Source of the DNA: Eledone cirrhosa
Lineage: Eukaryota
Length of the DNA: 64,000 nucleotides
Direction: 5' to 3'
NCBI GenBank assembly: GCA_964016885.1
Contig: OZ024743.1
Coordinates: 184,574,001-184,638,000, forward strand
A program made the position numbers and the translations under genes. Below are positions 1 through 13,900 of this stretch, in pieces; within the stretch, counting starts at the first letter, position 1; each line of letters begins with the position of its first letter. The notes under the pieces were generated by a model that had not been told where the DNA came from, made no database searches, and saw only the letters and a list, made by a program, of their open reading frames with translations.

Positions 1-252
1 GGGCATCAGATTGTAAAACATTGCTTCAAAAAGGATCCCATGATGACCGTGAAGCCTTTCATGGGGCTCTGTAAGGCTAATCTCTGCTTTAGCAGGGGAA
101 ATGCCCTTAAAACACTTGGTGCTGCTCTCCAATGGATTATTGTACTCACCATCTTTGATATTGTATTATGTTTTCAACACAGATTTCTGATATTCCACTT
201 ATTTTTCCTTACAATTCCAGAAGCATCACATAGCTACCTTTTCACTCACACC

Positions 253-1845
253 ATGGAATCATTTCAATACCAGATACAAAATGATGACATCTCTACAGAA
301 AGCAGTTCTCGAATAACTGTTGTGAATTTCCAGCCAAACAACTACATCCAATATGACCAACATATCCATCCTAATATGGTTTCAGATGAAACCAAAATTT
401 GGCAGCAGCCATGGCCCAAAGTGATAGGAATTACTCAAATAACATTAGGTGTTATTACTTCTTTAATTGGTATGTTGACTTGATTGTTTTTTTTTTTTTT
501 GTATTTCAACTATAAATGTTTATAATTTTAACCCTTTCGATACCAAATCATCTGAAACTTTTCTTGGTTCTTTGATTAAAAGCAGTTTGTTTTAAATTGT
601 TCATGTTTAAGTTCAAACTATCAATTTTAATTATTTTATAAGAACCTTTTCTTAAGTTCTGTTCTAAATACCAACTTAATAACAAGAAAGTTAGACATAT
701 TACTAAGCCCCTCCAAAATTAATTGAAAATCATAAACAATATATTTCATTATAAATATGGTAACTAAAGGGTTAAATTAATTGTGAATGCAAAGGAAAAT
801 ATCCCATACACCACAAACAAAAAGTAAACACTTGCTTTATATGTGTTGTATAGGTAGGTCTTTTACATATCCATTGAAGCTTAGTTAAATTATCATCATC
901 AACATTGTTTTTACTGCTCACATTTGAACACTCCCACCTCCTCTTTCACCAGCTAAGTACAGGGTGCTCGAAGTTGAAGGGATCTATGGAAATGGAAGAC
1001 CTAGGAAAGCATTGGATGAAGTGGTAAAAGCTGACCTTGCACAATTAAACCTTTCAAAGGTGATGACACAGGATCAAGATCTCTGGTGACATGCATATAC
1101 TTCTCGTATCTGAATACTGCCCCTCCTCTTTCATCAGCTAAGTACCCCACATTATACCTACCTTTCCAATCCTCATCCTGCATACACCACACCCTCCCTC
1201 AACCCCCAACTCCTGATACACCTCTCCTGTCCAACTTATGCATACAAGCATGGAAACCTGGACATGCTCTCCCATAATGCTGCTGCAATGGCAAAAAGCA
1301 TTTAATCCACCCTATAAAGTGGTCATGCTGGTGACACAACAAAAACCCCTAGTCTACCATGTAAGGTGGTCATGTTGGTGACATGACAAAAAGCACCCAG
1401 ATACTCTGTATAGTAGTCATGTTGGTCACATGACAAAAAGTACCCAATCCACCCTGTAAAATGGTTGTGTTGGAGACACGAGAAAAAGCACCCAACCCAC
1501 CCTGTTAGGTGGTTGTGTTAGTGATACGATAAAAAGCACCCTTTCCACCCTGTAAGGTGGTCGTGCTGGTGACTGAAAAAGTACCCAGTCCAATTTGTTG
1601 GGTGAAGAAGTGCCAGGAAATGCCAGTGGAGGGAAGTCATAGTAGAGGTAGTCCAAGAAAAAATCTGGGCAGAGGTGTTGTGAGAGCTGACCTCAAATCA
1701 CTGAGATTTACAGAGGCAATGACAAAGGATCACGACATGTGGAGAGATGCCGGGCTGACCCATTCAACATGCATAGAAAAGCAGACACAAAAACAATGAT
1801 GATGATGATGATGATGATAAAATATATGTGTGTATGTTTGTGTAG

Positions 1846-1883
<38 letters not shown>

Positions 1884-1928
1884 AGATATGGTTATATATG
1901 TGTGTGTATTGTTCTGTATATAGAAATA

Positions 1929-1960
<32 letters not shown>

Positions 1961-4900
1961 AAGGAGCGAAATTTGAAATCTTTTTTCAGAAATTTAGAAG
2001 CTTCATTAAATTTTTTTGACTATATGTAAATAGTCTAAATAATAGAACATATAAGCCCCCTTAATGGAAAAGATGGAGGTGCTAATGTCCATTTTTTTTT
2101 CCCATTAAGGGCCCTATTATTTAGACTATTTTTCTACAGTCAAAAAGATTTGATGAAGTCATAAAAAAATTGTTTCAATATGCCCTCACACCCTCCCACT
2201 GCAAAGTGGTCATGGAGGTGCCATGGCAAAAAAGCACCCAGCCCACACTGTAAAGTGGACGTGTAGGTGCCACGGAAAAAAGCACCCAGCACTCACTGTA
2301 AATGAGGTTGGTGTTAGGAAGGGCATCCAGCTGTAGAAATCAAGCCAGAATCAGTTCCCGTATGAGCAAGACAAGGCCAGCCGACCGAACACTGCCCACA
2401 ACAGGACAACCCGTATAACCCATGCTAGCGTGGAAGAACGGACGTAAAACGGTGATGATGATATTATGTGTGTATATATATATATATAATATACACACAC
2501 ATACATATATAATATATATACACAAATACTCATATATTTACAATAAAAGAAATATGAAACTAAGAAAAAAACATAACCTCTTGTTATGATTTGTTATTTC
2601 CTTATTATAAATATTAACATATGAGTTGATTAATTGACAAGAACTTATTCACTAGTACACTCCCATATCTAGCCCGAAGATGTATGGTCTCTGAACTGCC
2701 TTTTCTACTACTACTATAAAATCCTCTGCTCCTCAGAGTTTGCTCACTGAATACCACCTCCACAAAAATCCACCTGAGGCACCTGTCTCACCTCTTTTCA
2801 TTATCCAGACCTTGCATCAACCACTATATCCAACTTTTCTTCCTAAAAAATACCAATTTTTCGAAAGCCTGTGAATATTACGCTAAGTAACTTCTGCTAA
2901 CTGACATCCCAATCATCATCTTCTTACATGCATTTTTCAATATTGGAAGGTTGGCTGGGTCAGTCCAAACACAGCATTCCACTACTTGTCATCCTTCATC
3001 ATCTGATACACATAATAACAGAGAACACCGCAAATCTTTGATGTTGTTTATGGTATGTTTCTGTTATTTTATGGTTAATTTCCCTTCATATCACTGATCA
3101 CTTTACAGCAGAGAGTGGGTGCATTTTATTATGCCACTAGCACTAAAGCCGTTCTCTGTGCTATGACTAAAGAGTCTCCTCTATCCTGTATCAGTTTTTA
3201 TTCAGAGTTACTGTTCTCTTTGCCAGGTTGCTTTTGCTGCAACTTCTGAAATTCACATCTATATTCATACTTCTATTTTTGCAAAGTTTTTACAATTGAA
3301 TGCGATCCTAAAGACAATCATTTTTCATCATGGACTGGGTTCATTTTATTGGATCACTGGCACTTATGAGTTTGTCTATGCCAGGACTAAAAAGTCTCCT
3401 CTCTTCTGTGCCCCTAAAAGAAAAGGAAAAAGAAACAATTGAATATCACCAGGTTAAACAAACAAAACTGGATTTGGTTAGTTTAACTACTATAGAGTTA
3501 AATCACTGATGCTATGATGTATTTTTGTAAGCAAGTACCAAAGTCTAGTAGATTGTTATTGTTTGAGCAGAGTTCAGACTAAAAACTAGTGCTAACAGTT
3601 TGCTATCACTAGGGCTTCTGAAAATCTATATATTATATTACAATTAAGTTAGTTTAGCTGATTGTTAAGTCTTCTGTTGCTGGAAATGAAAAGCTCCCAT
3701 TTCATATCAAATGCTCAGCATGTTGTTGTAATGTAAAGTGTTGTTATCGTAGAATGTGTTACCTTTCAGTTAGTTTTGAATATAAGAATAACCACATTAT
3801 CAAAATAAGTAAATAAATAAATACACTGTTGGATATATATATATCATAATCTATAAAACTCAGTGTGTGGTCATGCTCCTTCGTTATAGAAATCTACGAT
3901 ATAGAATTTCTTCAATTGAAATTTACAATTCAGTATTCGAAATAGTTTCGATTAGCTAAAAGTAAGCCACTCTACTTGGCATTTGTCGACCTTGAGAAAG
4001 CCTTTGACAGAGTTCCACGTGCTGTAATCTGGTGGGCTCTTAGAAAACTAGGAGTAGATGAATGGCTTGTGAAAGCGGTACAAGCCATGTATAGGGGAGT
4101 AGTCAGCAAAGTTAGGATTAGCAATGAGTATAGCGAGGAATTTAGCGTACAGGTTGGGGTCCACCAGGGCTCTGTTCTTAGCCCTCTCCTGTTCATCATA
4201 GTCCTGCAGGCTATAACGGAGGAATTTAAGACCGGATGCCCATGGGAACTCCTGTATGCTGATGACCTCGCACTCATAGCTGAATCTATGATAGAACTAG
4301 AGAATAAATTCCAAACCTGGAAGCAGGGACTAGAGAGAAAGGGTCTCAAAGTCAACATGACAAAGACTAAGGTCCTTGTAAGTAGACGAGAAAACAGAAC
4401 CCAGATCCCCTCAGGGAAATGGCCTTGCTCAGTATGTAGGAAAGGTGTAGGTAGGAACTCCATTCTCTGCCCCAAATGCAAACAATGGGTACACAAGAGA
4501 TGTAGCGGGATCTCAGGAAGCTTAATTAAGAATGTAGGATTCACATGCAGCAGCTGTGCTGAAACAGCAAGCAGCAAACAGCCACAGGAAACAAGTACCA
4601 CCAATCTCTGGGAGGGCCCTGTAGAAACAGTAGACAGCTTCTGCTACCTAGGTGACCGAATTAGCAGCGGAGGTGGGTGTTCAGAAAGTACAATAACTAG
4701 GGTAAGAACGGGATGGAAGAAGTTTAGGGAACTACTACCACTGCTAGCTGCAAAAGGCTTCTCCCTCAGAATGAAAGGCAGACTGTATGATGCGTGTATC
4801 CGAACAGCGATGTTGCATGGTAGTGAGACCTGGGCGCTGAAGGTGGAAGACTTACGTAGATTAGAGAGAAACGAAGCCTGCATGCTCCGATGGATGTGTA

Positions 4901-7900
4901 ACAGTAATATACGTGAACGACAAAGCATAAATGAATTGAGAGAGAGACTGAGCATAAGAGGAATCAAATGCTGTGTGCAGGAGAGGCGGTTGCGCTGGTA
5001 TGGAGATGTGATGCGTATGAAGGATGACAGCTGCATAAAAAGGTGCAGAGCACTAGAAGTTGATGGAAACCGCGGAGTGGGGAGACCCAAGATGACCTGG
5101 GATGAGGTGATAAAAGCCGACCTTACCCAATTACACCTCTCAAAGACAATGACACACGACCGTGACTTCTGGCGTCACGCATTAATACAGAGTACCCGAC
5201 CTTCCATGGGTACATGCTGAAGCATATTAAAAATATGCCCCCACATCCCCCACCGCAAGGTGGTCGTGGAGGTGCCACGGCAAAAAAGCACCCAGCCCAC
5301 ACTGTAAAGTGGACGTGTAGGCGCCACGAAAAAGCACCCAGCACTCACTGTAAATGAGGTTGGTGTTAGGAAGGACATCCAGCTGTAGAAATCAAGCCAG
5401 ATCAGTTCCTGTATGAGCAAGGCATGGTCAGCCGACCAGACACTGCACACAACAGGACAACCCGTCTAACCCATGCTAACGTGGAAGAACGGACGTAAAA
5501 CGGTGATGATGATGTGTCTTGACGCAGATAATTTTTTCAATTTCACCCACAATTACGCAAAAAATAGATAAAACTCAATATTTTACGATTTTTCTCTCTC
5601 ATTTAAACTGCTGAACTCTTTCTACTACCATTCAAAATCTATACAACTTCATACTTTCTGCTACTTTCTCTTTCCAAGCTTGATGGTGATACTGTCCGTT
5701 CACACCACTCCCTACTGTCTTAAATTTAGAAAACACATATCCTCTATGAGGTTACTAAACCTGCTAGAAACAGCAGCTAACTCTCCCCCATATCACACCC
5801 CTCCCTACTGTCTTAAATTTAGAAAACATATCTTCTATGAGGTCACTAAACTTGCTAGAAACAGCAGCTAACTCTCCCCCATATCACACCACTCCCTACT
5901 GTCTTAAATTTAGAAAACACATATCCACTATGAGGTCACTAAACCTGCTAGGAACAACAGCTAACTTTCCCTCATATCACACCCCTCCCTACTGTCTTAA
6001 ATTTAGAAAACACACAGACAACCATGCAGAACAACTCCATCGCAGCTCTGTTGTTCGGCTGGCATCGTCTACGCGCGTGTTGCGCAAGTACTGTGAAACA
6101 ATAAATTTCAGCACTTTTTTGCACAGAGATAATATCCATAGGTGAAACTACAATTGTCACTGCTGGCACAGCTCCTGCTTCGGCAGTCCAGGTCTGCAAT
6201 TCATTCACCCAGTGCCTGGCAGACAAAAAAGTGCTGCCATAAAATGGGTGGTGCAACCTAACTTTGGTAACTTAATGACCTCGAGCAACGCCGGGCTTTA
6301 ATGCTAGTATATATATATAGCAGTTCCAAAAATGAATTTGTCTTTCACCTTGTTATAAAGAGGATTTGAATGGACTAACCAATCAATCAGTTATAATGGA
6401 AAGTTTTATTTCAATATGAACATTTTAAAATGAGAGGTTTTGTATCAAAAGAGTTAACCTTTCTTGCAGCAGCAGCACCAACAACAGTTAAATGGTGCAT
6501 AGTTTCTAAATGAAAGATATATAGAAATTCTGTTTTTTCTCTCCCTAACATAAAGATTAAGGTGATGAATTGACAGTGATTAGAACATTGGAAAGCTTTG
6601 TGACATCCATTCCAGCTCTCTGTTCTCTGAGTTCAAGACCTGTCAACTTTGCTCTTCATCCTTTCGAGGTTGATAAAGAAAAGGTACCAGTCCAGAGTTG
6701 ATTCTTCCTCTTTGTCACTTCTCCTCTGGAAGAAATCAGCTGTGCTCATACCTGGAGAGAGGATGGTTTCAGCCAGCTTTAAAATACCCATGTGTCGCTA
6801 TGGTGCCTCTATGTCACCATCAAAAATTACAGGTCCATACATACATACATACAACATAGAGATCATGAAGTCATGTGACCTAGTGGTTAGGGAGGTTGAC
6901 TCACAATCATAAAGTTGTGTGTTTGATTCCTGGGCCAAGTAGCTTATTATGTTCTTGAGCAAGATGCTTCATTTCATGTTGTTTTTCATCATAGGACTGG
7001 GGCCCTTATCATTAAAACACCTGGGAAACCTCCTCTGATGTCAACTAAACCTGCATATATGTGAGCTTTAATTTTTTAACATAGATATTTCAACTCATCC
7101 TAGTATTTATTAAAATGTTTTCTTTTTTAGGCATTGCCGAAGTGGTTGTTATCCCCCTTAAAGAGTTTGGTGATGGTGTTATATATATTGGTAAATTAAA
7201 CTGTTATGGTATTGGTATTATTGCTGGTTTGCTGGTAAGTTACTATCTTACTATAATTAGTTTTCTTTTTATGGTTGGATAATGTTTTAGTTGCTGTATT
7301 TGTTGATATAGATATATAATTAAATAAAATTTTAATATATTCTTTGTTCTTATAAAAAACAATACAACAACTAGCATTTTAAGGCCAATTTCTTTATTAA
7401 AACAGCAATTAGGCTTATGGGCACCATGATAGGCTTTATATGCATCATAGAGTCCTTTTTTTATGCAATGGTTTACAGCCTGATAATAATAATAATAATA
7501 ATAATGAAATTATTGTGTACAGTGCTCAGGTGCACTACAACTCATCAAAGGTGCATGTATAGTACATAGAATAATGTACAAATGTCAGGAAAATGAACAG
7601 TGTATGAGTCATGATATAATAATAATAACAACAATGGAATATTGCAATGATGCCCTGTATAATTATCTTTCTCATTATTGAGCTGGTTTGGGGAACATAA
7701 TTTAATAAAGGTTCTTACATAATGTTATGATGGAAGGTTTTTAGATAAATATAAACACTTTAAAATATACAGCTTTGTATTGTAGACTCAGGAGTAGTCA
7801 CAGATGGTTTGGTTTAGTATCAAAATGATTAATAAATATTCAACACTTTGTTGCAAAATCAGCTCACTGAAACATTTGCTTCATTTCTACAGGTTAAGAA

Positions 7901-10900
7901 TTATAGTAACTAGTACATAACACTTTGTTTTTATGAACGGAAAAAGTAATATTCGATTTCTTCAAATTTAATCAATTATTCCATTGGAAGAAACTTTCTC
8001 ATTAAGCTAGTGATTAGAACATAATTTAGCTAAGGTTCTTGCATAAAATCACGATGGAAGCTATTTAGATAAATAAATAGCTTTGTATTGTAGAACCAGG
8101 AGCAGTTTCAGGTATTTTGGTCCAAAAGTATTAAACTTTATTGCCATAATTCAAAATTACTAAACAAGATAACTGAGAGAAACTATTCACAGATGCTATC
8201 TACATGAAAAACAATACCTGAGTTAGTGGTAATATATTTAACTATTGTTTTACAGGCAGCGAATTGACAGAATCATTGGCATGCTGGATAGAATGCTTTC
8301 CTGTATCTCGCTCCCTAACTTTGTAATCACTTTGCTCTTTCTCTCTATGCTAGTCTACAATTCAAATTCCCCGTTTGTTTCTCTCGGATTTTCAACTAAT
8401 ATTTACATGTTTAAATGATTTGTCTCATTCTGTTGGACCCTTCCTAAATCAAATCCTTCTCCTAAAGTTACCCATTTCCCGCCCTCCCACCCCCACACAA
8501 CACCATTGCTAATGGTCCAATCATAACTCAGTGGCTTTAGTAAGTTCCCAAGTAAATCAGTATAGCAAATCAGTATATGCCCCGGTTACTGCTCCTTAAG
8601 TTTAGACCTGTTTGATGGGTTGACTGCGGAGATTTGGAAAGTCTAAGCATTCAATGACGATGTCACAGATAAAGATAAATTCACCTCCTGCTGCAGGACG
8701 AGAATACAAAGACCCCTCTCTATTTCAGACACAAATGACCAACATAATTCCGTCTCCCCCCCCCCCCCCCCCCCCCCTTCTAACTCAACCATCCCACTCT
8801 CCCAACTTCAGAGTTGGTACCATGAACGTAGGCACATTAAAAGGTCGCTCAAATGAGGTTGTAGAGATGCTTGAACGTAAAGAAGTTGATGTTTGTTGTA
8901 TTCAAGAGACTAGGTGGAGAGGGGGGGTCTGCCAGATTCATCGTGGGTAAAAAACGATGCTATAAACTTTTCTGGCTGGGAAACGACAACGGACTGGGTG
9001 GAGTAGGAATTATGTTAGCTGAAAAATGGGTAGATAAGGTAATCAACGTAAATAGAGTAAATGACAGAATAATTAAAATAAGGCTAGTTCTAAATAAAAC
9101 TACTGTGACAATAATATCTGCTTATGCAGCCCAATCTGGTCTACCTGATGTTATAAAGGACAGGTTCTATGAGACGCTAATGCACACTACCTCCCAAATA
9201 ACCGACAGCGACTACCTAATTATTGCTGGCGATCTAAACGGCCACATTGGACAACATAGTGATGGCTATGATGGAATCCATGGAGGCTATGGGGTTGGAA
9301 ATAGAAATGAGGAAGGCTTCAGAATCCTGGAATTCTGTGACGCCAATAACCTAACTATCTGTAACACAAACTTCAAAAAACGTGAAAACCACTTGATCAC
9401 CTATAGATCAGGGGAAAACGCCAGCCAGATAGATTATATCCTTACTAGAAGACAGGACAACGTGTCTGTTGTAAACACTAAATCCCTCCCCCGTGAAGAA
9501 TGCACCTCCCAACATAGCCTAGTAGTTAGTGACCTCACAGCCAGAAATAGACGTACTCGACGACAGAGGAGGCCTACCTTGAGGAGAAGAATATGGAAGT
9601 TGAAGGACCCCATAGCCAGTGACAAATTTCAAAGCTTATTACTTGATGCCTTTGACAATAAGGAAGAGCAATTAGTGACGTGCGATATAGAGGAACAGTG
9701 GCAATTCTTGAAAGTGAACCTGCTGAAAGCAACGGATGAAATCTGTGGCCGGAGCAGACCTATTGGCAGGAGGAGAGTAACTTAGAAGAGACAATCAAGG
9801 CCAAAAAGCAGGCTTGGAAAGTATGGCAGGATGGGGGAAGTAGAGAGCACTATCAAGTGGCCAGGAGAAAAGCTAGGAGACAAGTGTACCTTGCAAAAAG
9901 GGAAGCAGAAGATAGAAAGTTCAAGCATGTTCTACAACGTGAGGACCAAAAACGTGAGGTGTTCAGGATTGCTAGACAATGTGTCAAGGAAAACCGTGAT
10001 ATTGTCGGGGAGAAGTGTGTCCGTAATGATAACGGTGTACTTGCCCTCACTGATGCTGATAAGAAGATAGCCTGGAAGTGTCACTACGAGAGACTATTAA
10101 ATGAGGAGAATAAGTGGGAAAAAGTAGTCTGCCCCAAATCGATCCAATAGAAGGACCAGCGATACAAGTTAAAGGTAGTATAATAAGTAAGGCAATCAAA
10201 GATATGAAGACAGGCAAGGCAGCTGGGCCTTCGGAGATAGTTGCTGAGATGTTGAAGGCATCTGGAATGGTGGGACATACTATGGTCACCCGTATAGTTA
10301 ACCAAGTAATACAGAATGGGGTCATACCAAAATACTGGCGTAGTAGCCTCATCATTAACTGCTACAAGCGTAAAGGAGATGCTCTTGATAGAGGAAACTA
10401 TAGAGGCATTAAGTTAGTTGACCAGGTCATGAAGGTCACAGAAAGAGTTATAGCGCAACTAATCAGAGAGCGAATTGAAATGCAGTTTGGGTTTGTGTCA
10501 GGTAAAAGTACCTGTATGACAACTATGACAACTACAAGAGAAGTACCTAGCTAAAAGTAAACCCCTCTACTTAGCTTTTGTAGACCTGGAAAAAGCCTTT
10601 GACAGAGTCCCCCGCTCCATTATCTGGTGGGCTCTTAGAAAACTAGGTGTAGATGAATGGCTTGTGAGAGCTATACAAGCTATGTATAATGAAACAGTCA
10701 GTAAGGTTAGAATTAACAATGAATATTGTGAAGAATTTAGTGTAAAAGTTGGTGTTCACCAAGGCTCTGTTCTTAGCCCCCTTCTATTTATTATTGCCCT
10801 TCAGGCTATAACAGATGAGTTCAAGACTGGCTGCCCATGGGAACTCCTATACGCAGATGATCTAACGCTCATAGCTGAATCAATGGCTGAACTAGAGAAG

Positions 10901-13900
10901 AAATTCCAAACATGGAAGCAGGGCCTAGAATCAAAAGGCCTTAAAGTTAACTTGTCTAAGACTAAAGTCCTAGTTTGAAGAAAGGAAATAAGGCACAGGT
11001 ACCCTCAGGGAAATGGCCTTGCTCAGTGTGTAGGGAAGGAGTAGGGAGAAATTCAATTTTATGTCCCAAATGCAAAGTATTGGTACATAAAAGATGTAGT
11101 GGGATCACAGGTAAACTATCTAAGAATGTAGACTTTATATGTGGCCGATGCTCAGGTGCAATAGGTAGCAATTGTCCACAGGATACTAGCCCCTTCTATT
11201 TCCCAGATGGTTCTATAGAAATAGTAGACACTTTCCGTTACCTGGGAGACGAAATCAGCAGTGGGAGAGGGTGCTCAGAAAGTACAGTAGCTAGAGTCAG
11301 AACGGGATGGAATAAGTTCAGAGAGCTTATACCACTATTGGCCGCTAAAGGGTTATCTCTAAAAATGAAAGGCAGACTGTATGATGCCTGCATACGAACA
11401 GCAATGTTACATGGCAGTGAGACCTGGGCATTGTGTGCAGAGGACCTGCGTAGACTGGAAAGGAATGAAGCATGCATGCTCCGTTGGATGTGTAATAGTA
11501 ATATACATGAACGGCAAAGCATAAATGAACTAAGTGAGAAATTAGGAATAAGAGGGATCAGATGCTGTTTACTCGAGAGAAGACTACGTTGGTATGGCCA
11601 CGTGATGCGCATGAAAGACGACAGCTGTATAAAAAAGTGCAGGGCGATCAAAATTGATGGTAGTTGCGGAGTAGGTAGACCCAGAAAAACCTGGGACGAT
11701 CTGATAAATTTCGACCTTACACACTTGCACCTCTCTAAGACAATGTCACTGGACCGAGATCTTTGGCACTACGCAGTAATGCAGAAGACCCGCCTTGCCT
11801 ATGTTCAAAGCGAAACCTACAGTCAGTAGGCACCTCTGAACCAAATATACACCCCAATCCACTACCCTACCCTATCCTCCCACTCCCACCAACACCACCC
11901 TCTCTCTATAAAGTTCGTAACACAATATCCAGTCCAAATAAATGAGATCGAGATTGTGTAGGTGTCACGAGAAAAAAAACACAGTCCACGCTGTAATGTG
12001 GCTGTGTAGGTAACACGGTAAAAAGTTCCCAGTTCCACACTGTAAATGTGGTTGGTGTTAGGAAGGGCATCCAGCCGTAGAAAACCTGTCAGATAGTCCT
12101 ATATGAGCGAGACACGGTCACCCGACCAACCTTGCCTCAAGTGAGACAACTCTCGTCTAACCCATGCTAGCGTGGAAAATGGATGTTAAACGAAGATGAT
12201 GATGATGATGATTCTGACTCTCTGCTCTCTGAGTTCAAATCTCACCGAGGTCAACTTTGCCTTTCATCTTTTGAAGGTCGATAAAAAAGAACCAGTCTAG
12301 TACTGGGGTCAATTCTTCCTCTATATCTCTTTCTCATTTCCTCTCTTTCACTTTCTATCCTTCTCTGGAAAAAATCTGCTGCACCCAGACTAGGAAAGGG
12401 ATGTTCTGCATCAGACTTAAAATGCCCAAGAAATGCCATATATCACAGTATGGTGCCCCTACAACTCCATCAGGAGTTATGGGACTATACCATACCATTA
12501 CAGGCATGTAACATTTTTTTTATTTTTCTATCCCTATCTAGCTTGTCATTACTGGAAGTACAGCTATCCGTGCATCTATAAGTCAGAGATTGACTACAGT
12601 AAGTATTATCAGTAAAACTATATTAATAACAATATACTCTTGCAGTTAATAAGTAATTTTGGATTTTAGGCATATATCGTTATTTCCTTTTCTTTTTTTT
12701 ATTAGATTATTAAATGTAAATGGAATGAATTTAAATGTATGGTAGCTAGAATAAGAATGGGATGGGAAGAGTTCAGGGAGCTACCACCTCTGTTGACAAC
12801 AAAAACTTCTCTCTACAAATGAAAGACTGGCTATATGATGCTGTGTGCAATGTATGACGTTGCATGGTAGTAAGATATGGGCAGTGAAAGCAGTTTACAC
12901 TTTTACCTTATATTTCATGATATTTGGGGATTTGGCCTACTTTTTCAAAGGAAAATAAAGTGTGATGGTGGTGGAGAGCTGGGCTCTTCTGGAGAGGAGT
13001 CTTAACCCCGTAATATTATGAAATTAAGGTAAACATGTAAACTGTCTTGTGTTGTTTAACTTTACTCCAGTTTCATGCCTTTATTTCTAACTTGCATTGT
13101 TCTACTTTCCTAAAATTATTTCATGAAACTAATATTTTTATTTATTTATTCTTTTGTATTTTTTACTTGCCCATCTAGGTGTCACGGTTTTTGAATCTCA
13201 CTATACTTACGTTGATCCTGTATGCACTATTCACAGTCCTCTTGATTGTTGGTTATGATCTAAAATGGACTACCAGATCAAGTTATTCTGTATGTAACTT
13301 TTTATATATTGTGAATAAATATATATATTGCCCCTTTCCTCTTCACCTTCATACACATCCCACGTCCATACATCCTCACCCTAGACCTATTTTCCAATCC
13401 CCATGCTACAGGCACACATCTCCTCCACCCCAGCCTCCAGTCCACACAGTAAAGTCATTTTGGTGATACGGCAAAAAGCACCCAGTCCACACTGTAAAAA
13501 AGCACCCAGGCCATGCTGTAAAGTGATTGTTTTGGTGCCACAATAAAAATGTAAATGTAGTTGACATTAGGAAGAGCATCTAGCCATAGAAACCAAGCCA
13601 GAAAGAATTCTCTATGAGCAAGACACGGTCATCTGACCTGACTTGTCTCACAACGGGACAAATTGTCTAACTAGCGTGGAAAAATGGATGTTAAACAGTA
13701 ATGATGATGATGATGATATATGTACACTGATTGGTGATAGGAAGGGAATCCAGCCACAGAAAACCTGGCAAACAAAAGACAGCATGATAAAACGCACTTG
13801 GTAGAGCGTGTGAGTGTATGTAAGTGATATGTAGGCCTCTGGCCTATCTTAGGATAATAGTTCTACTTGAATATTGACTTGATCTGTGAAGACCCACCCA

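Larger units (their letters stand above)
3844..6307 (+). mobile_element. Non-autonomous Helitron, interrupted by an RTE and carrying a tandem array
   Basis: A|TC 5' end inside (TA)n; 3' hairpin ctcgagcaacgccggg followed by CTAG|T. Confidence 0.6.

Noticed and set aside
40-252. N-terminal extension of the 147-aa ORF
   Set aside because: Begins in a retroposon tail and crosses a polypyrimidine/AG acceptor at 220; ATG 253 is the more plausible start.
1290-1600. CRISPR-like periodic array (also 14400-14620 and 63640-63960)
   Set aside because: Whole ~39-bp units are homologous with no unique spacers, there are no cas genes, and the context is eukaryotic; the unit derives from a retroposon tail.
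3972-5090. Minus-strand ORFs of 210 and 148 aa
   Set aside because: Antisense to the RTE reverse transcriptase frame.
8500-8720. HDV-like ribozyme in the RTE 5' UTR
   Set aside because: Known in some RTEs, but I could not assemble the nested double pseudoknot by eye.
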